Translations under genes and position numbers: made by a program
In this document: positions 29,001-36,913 of the stretch, in pieces
How the letters are laid out: each line of letters begins with the position of its first letter
Numbering within the stretch: position 1 is the first letter of the stretch
The notes under the pieces: model-generated
Database searches by the model: none
The model's input: only the letters and a program-made list of their open reading frames with translations
Told to the model about the DNA's origin: nothing
DNA from: Sediminicola luteus
GTDB lineage: Bacteria; Bacteroidota; Bacteroidia; Flavobacteriales; Flavobacteriaceae
DNA: 64,000 bases
Assembly (NCBI RefSeq): GCF_002514735.1
Contig: NZ_KZ300476.1
Location: 599,872-663,871 of the forward strand
Direction of reading: 5' to 3'

Positions 29001-30848
29001 CACTTCAAGGTCTTTGGCCTCAACCACCTTTTTCACCTTGTCGATAGCGGCATGGCATTGCTCCACCTTTTGGGTATACGGATCCAAAGCGGATTCCTTT
29101 AACAGAAACCCAATGCATTGCTGAGAGACCTTTTCATTCTGTTCCACGGCCATTTGATCGATCGCCTCCAATACCCCCATATCTATATAGCGTACCTCTC
29201 GGGTGGCAATGATCTGGCCCCGAAGCTTTCTGAGTTCGGAAAGGGTCTGAACGAATTCTTCAATAGACTTGAACTTGGCGTATTTTATGGTATCGAAAAG
29301 CTGATCGGAACTCGCTTTCAACGCCTTACCCGTGCTGACCGCATTTTTACGAAGGGCCACCACTTTTTCGAACTCGTCTATGGCGGCATCGGCCGTATCT
29401 TTAATGGCTTGTAACGGTTGGTCCAAGCCCCCCGTATCGGCTTCTTTGATCCAATAGTAGGAGTCCAAAATATCCATGGCCTGTTTGGCCAAATCGTCGT
29501 AAAGCCCGTCGTAACTATCTTCTTTTTCGAGCAAATAGATCAGTTCGTGACACTCGGCCATGGCCTTGACGATATCTTTGTTCCCGATTTTAAACACCAA
29601 GGTATCGGCATTGGGGTTTTGGCCCACATCTTGTTTCCCGAAAGGGGTTTGCCAAATTTGCACTACATGGTGTTTGGTGGCATCGGCCTCTGCCTTAAAG
29701 TAACAGAGCTGCCCCTGGGGTAAAATGGTAAAACCATTACAGATTATAGGTGTTTTTACCTGTTGTTCAATGATATTGTAGGGCAATATCAGGTAGACCC
29801 CTTCCTGCTTTTGATAGAAAACGAACAAATGATCTTCGCCATTTGTTGCTTGTATCTGCCCCTGGAACAATACCTGGGGTACGCTTTTTTCAAAACGCTT
29901 AAAAGTACCCGTCTGTAAATAATATCCATTCGGAAACAATAGACCTTGATCGTCGGGTAGGCGTATGGCCGCATCGGCCAGACTATCTACCTTCATCACC
30001 TCTTTTACCTTGTGGTTATAGATAAAATAGCGCGGATCTTCTTGATATGGGGTGATCTTTAAAGGAATAAGATTCCCCAGATCGGCATAGGCATAATCGG
30101 CATCGTCCAAGGTTTGGTCGGCATAGGCTACCGGCTCTTCCAAAATGCCCTGTCCTTCATCGGTATTATCCTCGATTTTTATGGTGAGGTCGCCGCCTAC
30201 CGTTTCTACGAAAACCTTGTCTTCGATAGACACATGGGGGTGTTTACCGTACCTATGCATTTCACGGGGCGGGGTTTGCCAGCGGAACTGATATTGATCG
30301 GGGTACACATATTCGTGATCCGAACGGTTGTCTATGTACTGCAACCCATTATCGCGCACCAACCATTTAAAGGTCTTGATGTCGGTAGGATCTTCGCTCA
30401 CTTGAAAAACCATATGCAAGTAATTACCGATCCTGGCGAACTTGGCGAATATGGTATTTCGGTAATACTTGTACAGATTCTCGAAATCGGTCTGGAACTC
30501 CGTAGAATCGAAAAGGCCCAAATCGATAGGATGAAAATGTCCCTCCCGAAATTCATAGGCACTGAACACATCGGAAATCTCGATCTTGTTCCTTAGCCCA
30601 AAGTGCACATTATAACCGAAAATACATCGATTATCCAAGGCAACAATATCGCGAGCAATGCAATTATTATCCGTATTAATACGGTCATTTGCTATAAGTT
30701 TGAATTCAACGTTACCAAATACATCCTTCCGTTTCTGGTTGAGTTCCTGCAAACGGGTTATCAAATCGGCCTTTTGATCATCTAAACGACTTCGGATAAT
30801 CTCATAGGTGCCTTTCTCAAGCTGATTTTGCGCATGCTCTTGAGCCAT
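26025..30848 (-). CDS. Giant (1607 aa) protein with an uncharacterised ~1200-aa N-terminal region and a C-terminal MoxR/AAA_5-type AAA+ ATPase domain; last gene of the PspA-flotillin operon
   Basis: Uninterrupted ORF with an ATG at 30848. Walker A 'ISPPGYGKTTL' (nt 27066-27083, minus strand). Walker B 'VMLYLDDIQ'. Sensor-1-like 'FCVIMAGNPY'. Arg-finger-like 'ANRAD'. The N-terminus has no recognisable domain, no TM segment and long helical stretches. Confidence 0.85.
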   Translation of the reverse strand: MAQEHAQNQLEKGTYEIIRSRLDDQKADLITRLQELNQKRKDVFGNVEFKLIANDRINTDNNCIARDIVALDNRCIFGYNVHFGLRNKIEISDVFSAYEFREGHFHPIDLGLFDSTEFQTDFENLYKYYRNTIFAKFARIGNYLHMVFQVSEDPTDIKTFKWLVRDNGLQYIDNRSDHEYVYPDQYQFRWQTPPREMHRYGKHPHVSIEDKVFVETVGGDLTIKIEDNTDEGQGILEEPVAYADQTLDDADYAYADLGNLIPLKITPYQEDPRYFIYNHKVKEVMKVDSLADAAIRLPDDQGLLFPNGYYLQTGTFKRFEKSVPQVLFQGQIQATNGEDHLFVFYQKQEGVYLILPYNIIEQQVKTPIICNGFTILPQGQLCYFKAEADATKHHVVQIWQTPFGKQDVGQNPNADTLVFKIGNKDIVKAMAECHELIYLLEKEDSYDGLYDDLAKQAMDILDSYYWIKEADTGGLDQPLQAIKDTADAAIDEFEKVVALRKNAVSTGKALKASSDQLFDTIKYAKFKSIEEFVQTLSELRKLRGQIIATREVRYIDMGVLEAIDQMAVEQNEKVSQQCIGFLLKESALDPYTQKVEQCHAAIDKVKKVVEAKDLEVKLTEIGEELELLIEVVNNLNIEDATQTARIIDAISVIFTALNQTKAKLVGKRKSLGALEAQSDFGAQLKLLEQSVINYLDIADTADKCDGFLTKISVQLEEMEARFSEYDEFVDEIGAKREDLYNVFEERKAFLLQERNKKVQQIVKSAERILKGVGTKAKTFTEAEAIHGYFASDIMVGKTYDLIERLQEMEESGKAEELDTRLKTLKEEVLRRLKDRQELFEDGEDSIRLGNHKFGVNRQPLELSVLYRNGAPHFHLSGTNFYERILEENPTSSELWEQSIPSENHKVYRAEYLAYKVFLRLNGSGLESDEALGEHIADYIIEHYNEGYIKGVHDQDALQILKVLHRTHQALGVLTFTPDIRSNALLFWFGLEEPERKSIREKVMRVSQIAQLFPHANTLDQSIADIMGLMETTGLVDSENNRQMAGYLVKELQRENGYTVSQQALGLKERFLEFLKEKDKEALFQKGVAQSASLLDKMELAQQWLGAFVQATGENSFYEKEACGLLLFPSLLGKHSNPTDPLVSLGNLMGDHQSISEGRYAFDYHAFMERLGHFDTHTRPGFENLRLKIKEWVGKKRAAMRLGEFKPKVLSSFVRNQLIDKVYLPLIGDNLAKQLGTVGGNQRTDRMGMLLLISPPGYGKTTLMEYVANRLGLTFVKVNGPAIGHNVVSVDPGPATSVTAKEELKKLNLAFEMENNVMLYLDDIQHCNPEFLQKFISLADGQRKIEGVYNGQSKTYDLRGKKFCVIMAGNPYTESGEKFQIPDMLANRADIYNLGDIIGGSDRLFKLSLIENALTSNPYLRDLANSHYEDVYTLLEAIEKESQEGLQMQGNHSPQEIDAYMGVLRKMLQVRDIVLKVNATYIKSASMEDVYREEPAFKLQGSYRDMNKMASKVIPIMNPEELQGLIDGHYENESQTLTAAAEANLLKYKELAGVISVEELERWNAIKTTFLSQAAQSSHGQIERVVGELTRFGQHLEGIRKALLNDKE

Positions 30849-30967
30849 ATACTTGTATATAGAATTGGAAAAAAGAATGGAGGTCTGCCTACGGTAAAAT
30901 TATCCCTAGGATCCTATTACGGGCCAATCAAAGTGATGTCCCTGAGTCGGCAGGCCTCCGTTCCCAA

Positions 30968-33034
30968 TTATCCTAGCCTTTTATCGCCCAATCCTAAAGA
31001 ACGGACGATATTGGCCAGGTTTAAAAACTGCTGTTTTTGAGTGTCGTCTGTAGCCTTATCTTGCAGTTGAAGCAACAGATTGGCTATGGTCAGGTTTTTG
31101 ATATCGGTGGAGGTTATACCGTATTCCGAAGCAAAATCACGGATGCGATCCAACAATTGACCTTGGTATTCGCCATCGCCCAATAAGGCCTGTTTTAGAT
31201 CTTGGATGTTTTCAGAATGGTTCACCAATCGGTCGAAACCTTTGGCCTTGGTTATCTGACCAACGATCTGCTCAAAGAACATGCTTTCACCACCCACAAT
31301 ATCGATATTGGAGGCTTTTAAGGCTTCTGCGATAACATGGGCCTGGGCGTCGGCAATATCTTTTTGTATACCGATCTCGGCCAATTCTACCTCTTTCTCT
31401 TTATCGAGACGTAGTTTGAACTCTTCGTGCTCTTTACCAACACCATCCAACTTCTTCATGGCTTCGGCTTTTTCTTCTATACCTGAAGCTTCGGCCACGG
31501 CCTTCTCTTTGATTACTTCGGCTTCGGCCATACCATCTAACTTCTTGGCATCGGCCTTGGCCTTGATACCCGTAGCTTCGGCTAAAGCTGTTTTCTCGAT
31601 AATGGTAGCATCTACGATACCCTGTCGCTCGCTGGCATCGGCCTTGGCATGCATAACTTGTGCTTCCGAAATACCAATGGCAGCCTCTTCTTTGGCGCGG
31701 GCCTCGGCAATGGTCTTACGGGCATCGGCCTCTTTTACGGCAGCCTCTTTTTGGGCTTGTGCCTCGATCAATAACTCTTCGGCCTTTTGACGTGCGGCTT
31801 CTTTTTGGGCCTCTGCCTTTTTCACCTCCATAATCAGGTTTTCTTGGGCGGCTGCCTCGGCATTGGTTACCGTTACCTGCTTTTGACGGTCGGCGCCCTT
31901 AAAGGCCTCTAGATCTTTGATGTTCTCCTGTTCCTCGACCACGTTTTTCTCTAAGGCCACCCGGTCGCGGATCACATCTTGAATGTTTTTCTTCTCTACC
32001 TCAACTACCTTTTCCTTCTCGATTTGGGCCAAGGTTACGATACGCTCGCGCTCGGTAGCTTCCAACATACGGTCCTTCTCTACCCGCTCTGTTTCTACCG
32101 CATCGGTACGTTGCTTGTTCTTGGCCGCCACTATGATCTGGCGATCTTTGTTCTCTTCGGCTACGGCCAATTTCTCATCGGTGGCGATGCGGGCCGTCTC
32201 GCCTTTTAGGCGTTCTTCTTCGGCCACTTTTTGGATCGCCGCATCTTCGCGGGCCTTTATATTGGCTATTTCCCGTTTTTGCTGCTCTTCTTTCTCGGCC
32301 AATTGTTTGTCGAGTTCCAAAATGGCTTCCTGGGCCTCTACATCTTGCTTGCGGATTACTTTCTCCTCTTCCCGTTTGATCAAATTCGATTTCATGTTCT
32401 GGGTAGCGGTAAGCTCCGTGATTTTTTTGATACCCTCGGCATCGAGAATATTGTTCGGACTCAAATGCTGAATGTCGGTCTGTTCCAAATAATCAATAGC
32501 ACAATCGTCCAATACGTATCCGTTCAGATCGGTACCGATAATATCCAATATCTCGTCGCGGAATTCCCTTCGGGCTTCGTATAGCTCTATAAACTGGAAC
32601 TTTTTACCCACGGTTTTTAAGGCTTCCGAGAATTTGGCCTCGAACAGTTCTTCCAAAGTTTTCGATTCGCTGGCCCGGGCACAACCTATGGTTTGGGCCA
32701 CATTGATAATATCTTCCTTGGATTTGTTTACCCGAACAAAGAAAGCTACCTTGATGTCGGCACGCATATTGTCCTTACAGATCAAACCGTCCTTACCCAA
32801 ACGATCGATCTGAATTTTTTTGACCGAGATATCCATCACCTCCACCTTGTGGAAAACCGGAATAACATAAAGCCCCTTGTCAAAGGCTACGGCCGTTCCC
32901 TTGAACCCGGTACGTACCAAGGCCTCCCCTTGTGGGATTTTTTTGTAGAACATGGCTATTAGGGCAAAATAGCCGATGAGCAATACTAGAATGGCACCTA
33001 CCGCCATTCCTACAATCGATAAAATCGTATCCAT
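30968..33034 (-). CDS. Flotillin/SPFH (band-7) family protein with an extended Glu/Ala-rich coiled coil (YqiK-like)
   Basis: N-terminal TM helix 'ILSIVGMAVGAILVLLIGYFALIAMF'. SPFH core ('QGEALVRTGFKGTAVAFDKGLYVIPVFHKVEVMDISVKKIQIDR...'). Then ~350 aa of EA-repeat coiled coil typical of flotillins. Confidence 0.85.
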   Translation of the reverse strand: MDTILSIVGMAVGAILVLLIGYFALIAMFYKKIPQGEALVRTGFKGTAVAFDKGLYVIPVFHKVEVMDISVKKIQIDRLGKDGLICKDNMRADIKVAFFVRVNKSKEDIINVAQTIGCARASESKTLEELFEAKFSEALKTVGKKFQFIELYEARREFRDEILDIIGTDLNGYVLDDCAIDYLEQTDIQHLSPNNILDAEGIKKITELTATQNMKSNLIKREEEKVIRKQDVEAQEAILELDKQLAEKEEQQKREIANIKAREDAAIQKVAEEERLKGETARIATDEKLAVAEENKDRQIIVAAKNKQRTDAVETERVEKDRMLEATERERIVTLAQIEKEKVVEVEKKNIQDVIRDRVALEKNVVEEQENIKDLEAFKGADRQKQVTVTNAEAAAQENLIMEVKKAEAQKEAARQKAEELLIEAQAQKEAAVKEADARKTIAEARAKEEAAIGISEAQVMHAKADASERQGIVDATIIEKTALAEATGIKAKADAKKLDGMAEAEVIKEKAVAEASGIEEKAEAMKKLDGVGKEHEEFKLRLDKEKEVELAEIGIQKDIADAQAHVIAEALKASNIDIVGGESMFFEQIVGQITKAKGFDRLVNHSENIQDLKQALLGDGEYQGQLLDRIRDFASEYGITSTDIKNLTIANLLLQLQDKATDDTQKQQFLNLANIVRSLGLGDKRLG

Positions 33035-33039
33035 TCTCT

Positions 33040-33783
33040 TTATTGGTTTTTATAAGGTTGTACAAAAAATGTATTGGGTTTTTCCCCTTTTTCAATCAGT
33101 AATACCGTGTCTCCGCGGTTTATGGCCTCCCCATTGATAGCATAACCATACACTTTAATCGGGTCGTCTTCGATGACCACTTCTACAAAGCCCATTTTTT
33201 CACCTTGTATGGTCGACAGCATAATACCCCGTCGCCCGATAAGATCCAATGGCGCATCGCCTTGTTCGTTAAAATTCCGGAAGAAGGACTTAAAAGGAGC
33301 GGTAACCCATTTGTTTATGAACAGGGCCGGAAGCAACATGCCCAACATGATGGCAAAACCCAAAATATTGTTATAGGTAAAGGTCATATAGGTACCAAGC
33401 ACACTAAAAAGCCACCAGAACAAGATCAAAAACGACAGGGTGAACAAAAAAGGCAGACCGACGAAGTTGAAATAGATCAAAAATACCTGTAGGTAATTCA
33501 GTTTGCCCCTACGGCGTACATGTTTCTTATCTACTTCTACATTAGAAGCGTCTTCGAACTCAAAGCTATCACCTACTTGGTGGGCCGTATCCAACTCTAT
33601 ATCCGCATCTACATCGGCATCAAAATCGAGCTCTACATCGAAATCGGTGTCTATATTGACCAAATCGGTATCCAAGCCCGCGATAATGGTTATAATCCAG
33701 TACAGCAGACAGAGTCCCAACAAAAGGGTGGGCACCAAATTGACCTGCGAAAAAATGACCTGTGCTACTTCCGATTCGAACAT
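33040..33783 (-). CDS. YqiJ/NfeD-type membrane protein with a C-terminal OB-fold, partner of flotillin
   Basis: N-terminal TM helix, acidic stretch 'DTDFDVELDFDADVDADIELD', a second hydrophobic block, and a C-terminal 'GRRGIMLSTIQGEKMGFVEVVIEDDPIKVYGYAINGEAINRGDTVLLIE' beta-rich NfeD-like domain. Its ATG overlaps the PspA stop (TAATG). Confidence 0.7.
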   Translation of the reverse strand: MFESEVAQVIFSQVNLVPTLLLGLCLLYWIITIIAGLDTDLVNIDTDFDVELDFDADVDADIELDTAHQVGDSFEFEDASNVEVDKKHVRRRGKLNYLQVFLIYFNFVGLPFLFTLSFLILFWWLFSVLGTYMTFTYNNILGFAIMLGMLLPALFINKWVTAPFKSFFRNFNEQGDAPLDLIGRRGIMLSTIQGEKMGFVEVVIEDDPIKVYGYAINGEAINRGDTVLLIEKGEKPNTFFVQPYKNQ

Positions 33784-34493
33784 TAATCTTCTTTGTTAAG
33801 TCCGAGTTGCTCTTTTAACTTATCCAGATCGCTTTGGGCATTGGCCTCAGAAACATCGACGGCCTTGTCGATCTCTTCATCTATGGATTTGTTGGCATTG
33901 GCCATTTCGCCATAGGCTTCGGCCAGGGCTTCTTCCTCAGCCACACGATCTTTCATCTTTTCGAGCAGGCTTACCGTGCCCGAACTATCGATCTCGGCCA
34001 TTTGCTTGTTCAGGTTTTTAGTAGCCTTGCCCACTTTTACACGGGCTTTAAGCGTTTTAAGCTCGTTTTCCCATTTGGTGATATTGGTTCGGATCTGTTT
34101 TACGGCCGATTCGAGTTTTAGCACGGAAGCTTCCATTTTTTCAGATTCTTGCTCGCTTTGTTTTTGGCTTTCCAAAGCCTGCTCTTTTAACAATAAGGCT
34201 TCTTTGGCCAAACGCTCGGCCTCGGTGAGCTCCATATCCCCTTTTTGGGCTTTCTGCAATAAGAGGGTGGCTTTGGAATGGTAGGCCGCAGCCTTGTCTT
34301 TATGCGAGGTAATATCGTTCTTAGATCGTATGGCCAATGCTTTTACCTTGGCCAAGGATTCCAAACCTTTTTCCAGGTCTTCCTTTAGGTCACGAATGCC
34401 TTGCTCGGTCATTTTAATGGGATCTTCCAGTTTATCTATACTGGCATGGGCCTCTGCCTGCCCTATTTTGAATAATCGTTTAAAAAAGTTCAT
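33783..34493 (-). CDS. PspA/IM30 family protein (bacterial ESCRT-III homologue)
   Basis: ATG at 34493 gives 'MNFFKRLFKIGQAEAHASIDKLEDPIKMTEQGIRDLKEDLEKGLESLAKVKA...', the canonical PspA N-terminus. Coiled-coil throughout, ~236 aa. Confidence 0.85.
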   Translation of the reverse strand: MNFFKRLFKIGQAEAHASIDKLEDPIKMTEQGIRDLKEDLEKGLESLAKVKALAIRSKNDITSHKDKAAAYHSKATLLLQKAQKGDMELTEAERLAKEALLLKEQALESQKQSEQESEKMEASVLKLESAVKQIRTNITKWENELKTLKARVKVGKATKNLNKQMAEIDSSGTVSLLEKMKDRVAEEEALAEAYGEMANANKSIDEEIDKAVDVSEANAQSDLDKLKEQLGLNKED

Positions 34494-34497
34494 CGTT

Positions 34498-34893
34498 TTA
34501 TTTTTTTGAAAATGCAATAATTTCTGTTGAATATTCACTCAGCAACAAACTGAGGGAGTTTAAGGAAGCTTCGATCTCATTTTTGTCCAAACTACCTAGT
34601 TGTAGGGTATCCCGAAAGATTACCCCACTACCCTTTTCATCGAGTACAAAGGCCCCGTGTATGATATCACGGTTCTTTTGCAATAACTTTTTGTACACAT
34701 CGCCATGGGTATGGCCCAATTCGCAAATAAATTGTTCCATGATCACAATGGGATAGGCACAACCAATGATCATATTGGTAATCCCTTCATGCTCCTTGTC
34801 TATACGCAAGATGCCTTCTTCGGGATTCTCGTATGAAATGGTATAATCGAGTTCTAACAGAAACCCTTTTAATACTTGAAAGTGGTTCTTCAT
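34498..34893 (-). CDS. YbjN-domain protein (frequent PspA-associated partner)
   Basis: 131 aa. The pattern 'ISYENPEEGILRIDKEHEGITNMIIGCAYPIVIM...FVLDEKGSGVIFRDTLQLGSLDKNEIE' fits the YbjN/type-III-chaperone-like fold. Ends 4 nt before the PspA start. Confidence 0.6.
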   Translation of the reverse strand: MKNHFQVLKGFLLELDYTISYENPEEGILRIDKEHEGITNMIIGCAYPIVIMEQFICELGHTHGDVYKKLLQKNRDIIHGAFVLDEKGSGVIFRDTLQLGSLDKNEIEASLNSLSLLLSEYSTEIIAFSKK

Positions 34894-35157
34894 TGTTGGT
34901 TATCTTTTGATGCCCTATCAAAATTTAAGACCATTATCGGTATACTTGATCCAGCATCGAATTGACTATAAATATATTGGTTCACATTCAGAAGAAAAAC
35001 TAAATTAGACAAACTGTCTTATGCTCGATTTTTCTAGGGCCCAGTGAAGCCTGATTAGGTCAAATACAAAATGTTCGCGAATTATTTTGTATTATTGCTA
35101 ATAACGTTAACAATATTAGAGCAAAATATTCAGTTTTGCAAATTTTATTAGCATTTT
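34894..35157. promoter_or_regulatory. Divergent promoter/operator region between the PspA-flotillin operon and a LexA-like regulator gene
   Basis: AT-rich 264-bp spacer. It contains 9-bp inverted repeat arms TGCTAATAA (35097-35105) and TTATTAGCA (35145-35153), plus an imperfect palindrome centred on GTTAAC (35106-35111). Confidence 0.5.
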
Positions 35158-35919
35158 ATGTCCTGCTTCGGTAAAAACATCAAAAAAATAAGGAAACTCC
35201 AAGGGATGAGCCAATTGGAATTCGGGCAGCTGTTCGATTTAAAACGGGCTACTTTGGGGGCCTATGAGGAAGGACGCAGTGAACCCAAGATCGAAACACT
35301 TATCAAAGTTGCTAACCATTTTAGCATATCGATTGACAAATTGTTGACCCAGGACCTATCTATAAACGAGCTTCTCAATTTTAGAACTGACCTGACCGGT
35401 GAAGCCCACAGCATTGAAACCAAGATGCTCAGTAAAATACCCTTGATAAGTCATGCCAATTTAGGCAAACTCAAACCCGATTCTTTTAAAAAGGACGATT
35501 TTAACCTTCAGATTGCCTTACCCTCACTTTCCGACCAGGATTATTATGCCTTTGAGGTTTTGGATGTGGCCATGAGCCAAAACAACCACGGGGTGTTTCC
35601 TAAAGATTTGGTCATTGGCAGTGTTGCCGAATTGGACAACTTGAATACTTCGGATTGGTATGTATGGATTTTGGAAGACCGTTACCTCATCCGTAAGTTC
35701 ATAGCGATTACCGATGGTGACATTCAAATACAAGCCATACATAGGGGAATGCCGGAAGAACAGATCGCCATTTCGGAAGTATCCCGTCTTTTTAAGGTGA
35801 ACAGTATCGTACGTCATAATTTCTCGTATGGCGAAACGGAATTGGAGACCCGACTACATCAATTGGAATCCTTGATCAAAGAAACCCCTCCCCCTAAAAA
35901 GACACCAACCCACAAATAG
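35158..35919 (+). CDS. LexA/phage-repressor-like regulator: N-terminal XRE-HTH plus C-terminal S24-peptidase-like domain
   Basis: 'KKIRKLQGMSQLEFGQLFDLKRATLGAYEEGRSEPKIETLIKVANHFSISIDKL' is an HTH_XRE sequence. The C-terminal half ('AFEVLDVAMSQ...LVIG...YLIRKF') resembles the LexA/CI autoproteolytic fold, with candidate Ser and Lys residues. Confidence 0.65.
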   Translation: MSCFGKNIKKIRKLQGMSQLEFGQLFDLKRATLGAYEEGRSEPKIETLIKVANHFSISIDKLLTQDLSINELLNFRTDLTGEAHSIETKMLSKIPLISHANLGKLKPDSFKKDDFNLQIALPSLSDQDYYAFEVLDVAMSQNNHGVFPKDLVIGSVAELDNLNTSDWYVWILEDRYLIRKFIAITDGDIQIQAIHRGMPEEQIAISEVSRLFKVNSIVRHNFSYGETELETRLHQLESLIKETPPPKKTPTHK

Positions 35920-36018
35920 GGCTATCAATTCCGTTTATACCTGCCCAAGACATAAACAATCGTTAAATATGTAAAACAGCCTTTGGCCTAAACTATCTTT
36001 ACACCAAAAAATAGATAG

Positions 36019-36648
36019 ATGGGTTTATTGGAAAATCTACAATGGCGCTATGCCACTAAAAAATTCGACAACACTAAAAAAGTCTCTGAAGACGATATCA
36101 CTTTTCTAAAAAAAGCCATATCGCTGGCGGCCACCTCATACGGACTCGAAGCCTACGAGGTACTTATTATTGAAAACCAAGACATCAAAGACCGATTAAA
36201 AGATGCTTCTTGGGGACAGGCCCAAGTAAGTGATGCTTCGCATGTTTTTGTGTTTTGCAACAATACCAAAATATCGAACGAATTGATCGACGCCTATATG
36301 GATCGTAAATCAAATGACCAGGGCATTGCCAAGGAAAACCTTCAGGGTTATGGCGATTTTATGAAAAACACCTTGTTGGCCCTACCCGAAGACGAGGCGG
36401 CCCACTGGACGCGGCGCCAAACCTATATTGCCGGCGGCAACCTTATGGTGGCCTGTGCCGAACTTCAAATTGACTCCTGCCCCATGGAAGGCTTTGAAGC
36501 CGAAAAATACAATGAAATCCTCGAGTTGGACAAAGATGGCCTTAACGCATGTTTGGTAGTCCCAGTAGGGTATCGTTCTGAAGAAGACAACAACCAGCAT
36601 TTGCCCAAAACCAGAAAGTCGTTAGACCAAATGTTCCGTCACCTTTAA
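36019..36648 (+). CDS. Nitroreductase-family protein (NAD(P)H-dependent, NfsB-like)
   Basis: N-terminal 'RYATKKFD' FMN-binding motif of the nitroreductase family. ~209 aa. Confidence 0.75.
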   Translation: MGLLENLQWRYATKKFDNTKKVSEDDITFLKKAISLAATSYGLEAYEVLIIENQDIKDRLKDASWGQAQVSDASHVFVFCNNTKISNELIDAYMDRKSNDQGIAKENLQGYGDFMKNTLLALPEDEAAHWTRRQTYIAGGNLMVACAELQIDSCPMEGFEAEKYNEILELDKDGLNACLVVPVGYRSEEDNNQHLPKTRKSLDQMFRHL

Positions 36649-36850
36649 GAGACTGTTTTGAAATGTGTGATTGGAATTGTTTATAGGTCATTTTTCCTGC
36701 CTGTCGGCAGGCAGGGATGCCCTAGGAGGCAAAATTTTTAAGCATAGCAGCGTTACGGTCAAAAATTTTAACGAAATAGGGCGCAAACCTGCCAGCCGGC
36801 AGGCGGGAAGAAGTGTAAAAAAACAATTGACATATTTCAAAACAGTCTCT
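36649..36850. repeat. MITE-like element, family 1, copy B (202 bp) with two GC-rich palindromic insertions
   Basis: Begins immediately after the TAA stop (36646-36648) of the nitroreductase gene. Ends are 'agagactgttttgaaatgtgtgattggaat' and 'aaaaaaacaattgacatatttcaaaacagtctct'. Relative to copy A it carries extra hairpins 'cctgcctgtcggcaggcagg' and 'cctgccagccggcaggcgg'. Confidence 0.8.
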
Positions 36851-36913
36851 AAGGGCTAAATTTCTTGCAAGTAGTAATTGGAATACCGACCTTTAAGGGG
36901 TAATACCCAACGG

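Noticed and set aside
26791-30785. Numerous 60-160-aa plus-strand ORFs (for example 28771..29124, 29118..29414, 29418..29723, 30114..30596)
   Set aside because: All are embedded antisense within the continuous 4.8-kb minus-strand gene and have no independent support. They are shadow ORFs.
31281-31790. 169-aa Ala/Ser-rich plus-strand ORF, plus apparent imperfect tandem DNA repeats across ~31300-32400
   Set aside because: It lies antisense to the Glu/Ala-rich coiled-coil coding region of the flotillin gene. The repetitiveness and the open antisense frame are by-products of the GAA/GCN codon repeats in that region, not an independent gene or repeat array.
36706-36812. GC-rich palindromes cctgcctgtcggcaggcagg and cctgccagccggcaggcgg as independent REP-like elements
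   Set aside because: They occur only as insertions inside MITE family 1 copy B, and as one similar motif in the flotillin-ATPase spacer. Three instances are too few to call a separate repeat family. They are recorded under the MITE and spacer findings instead.
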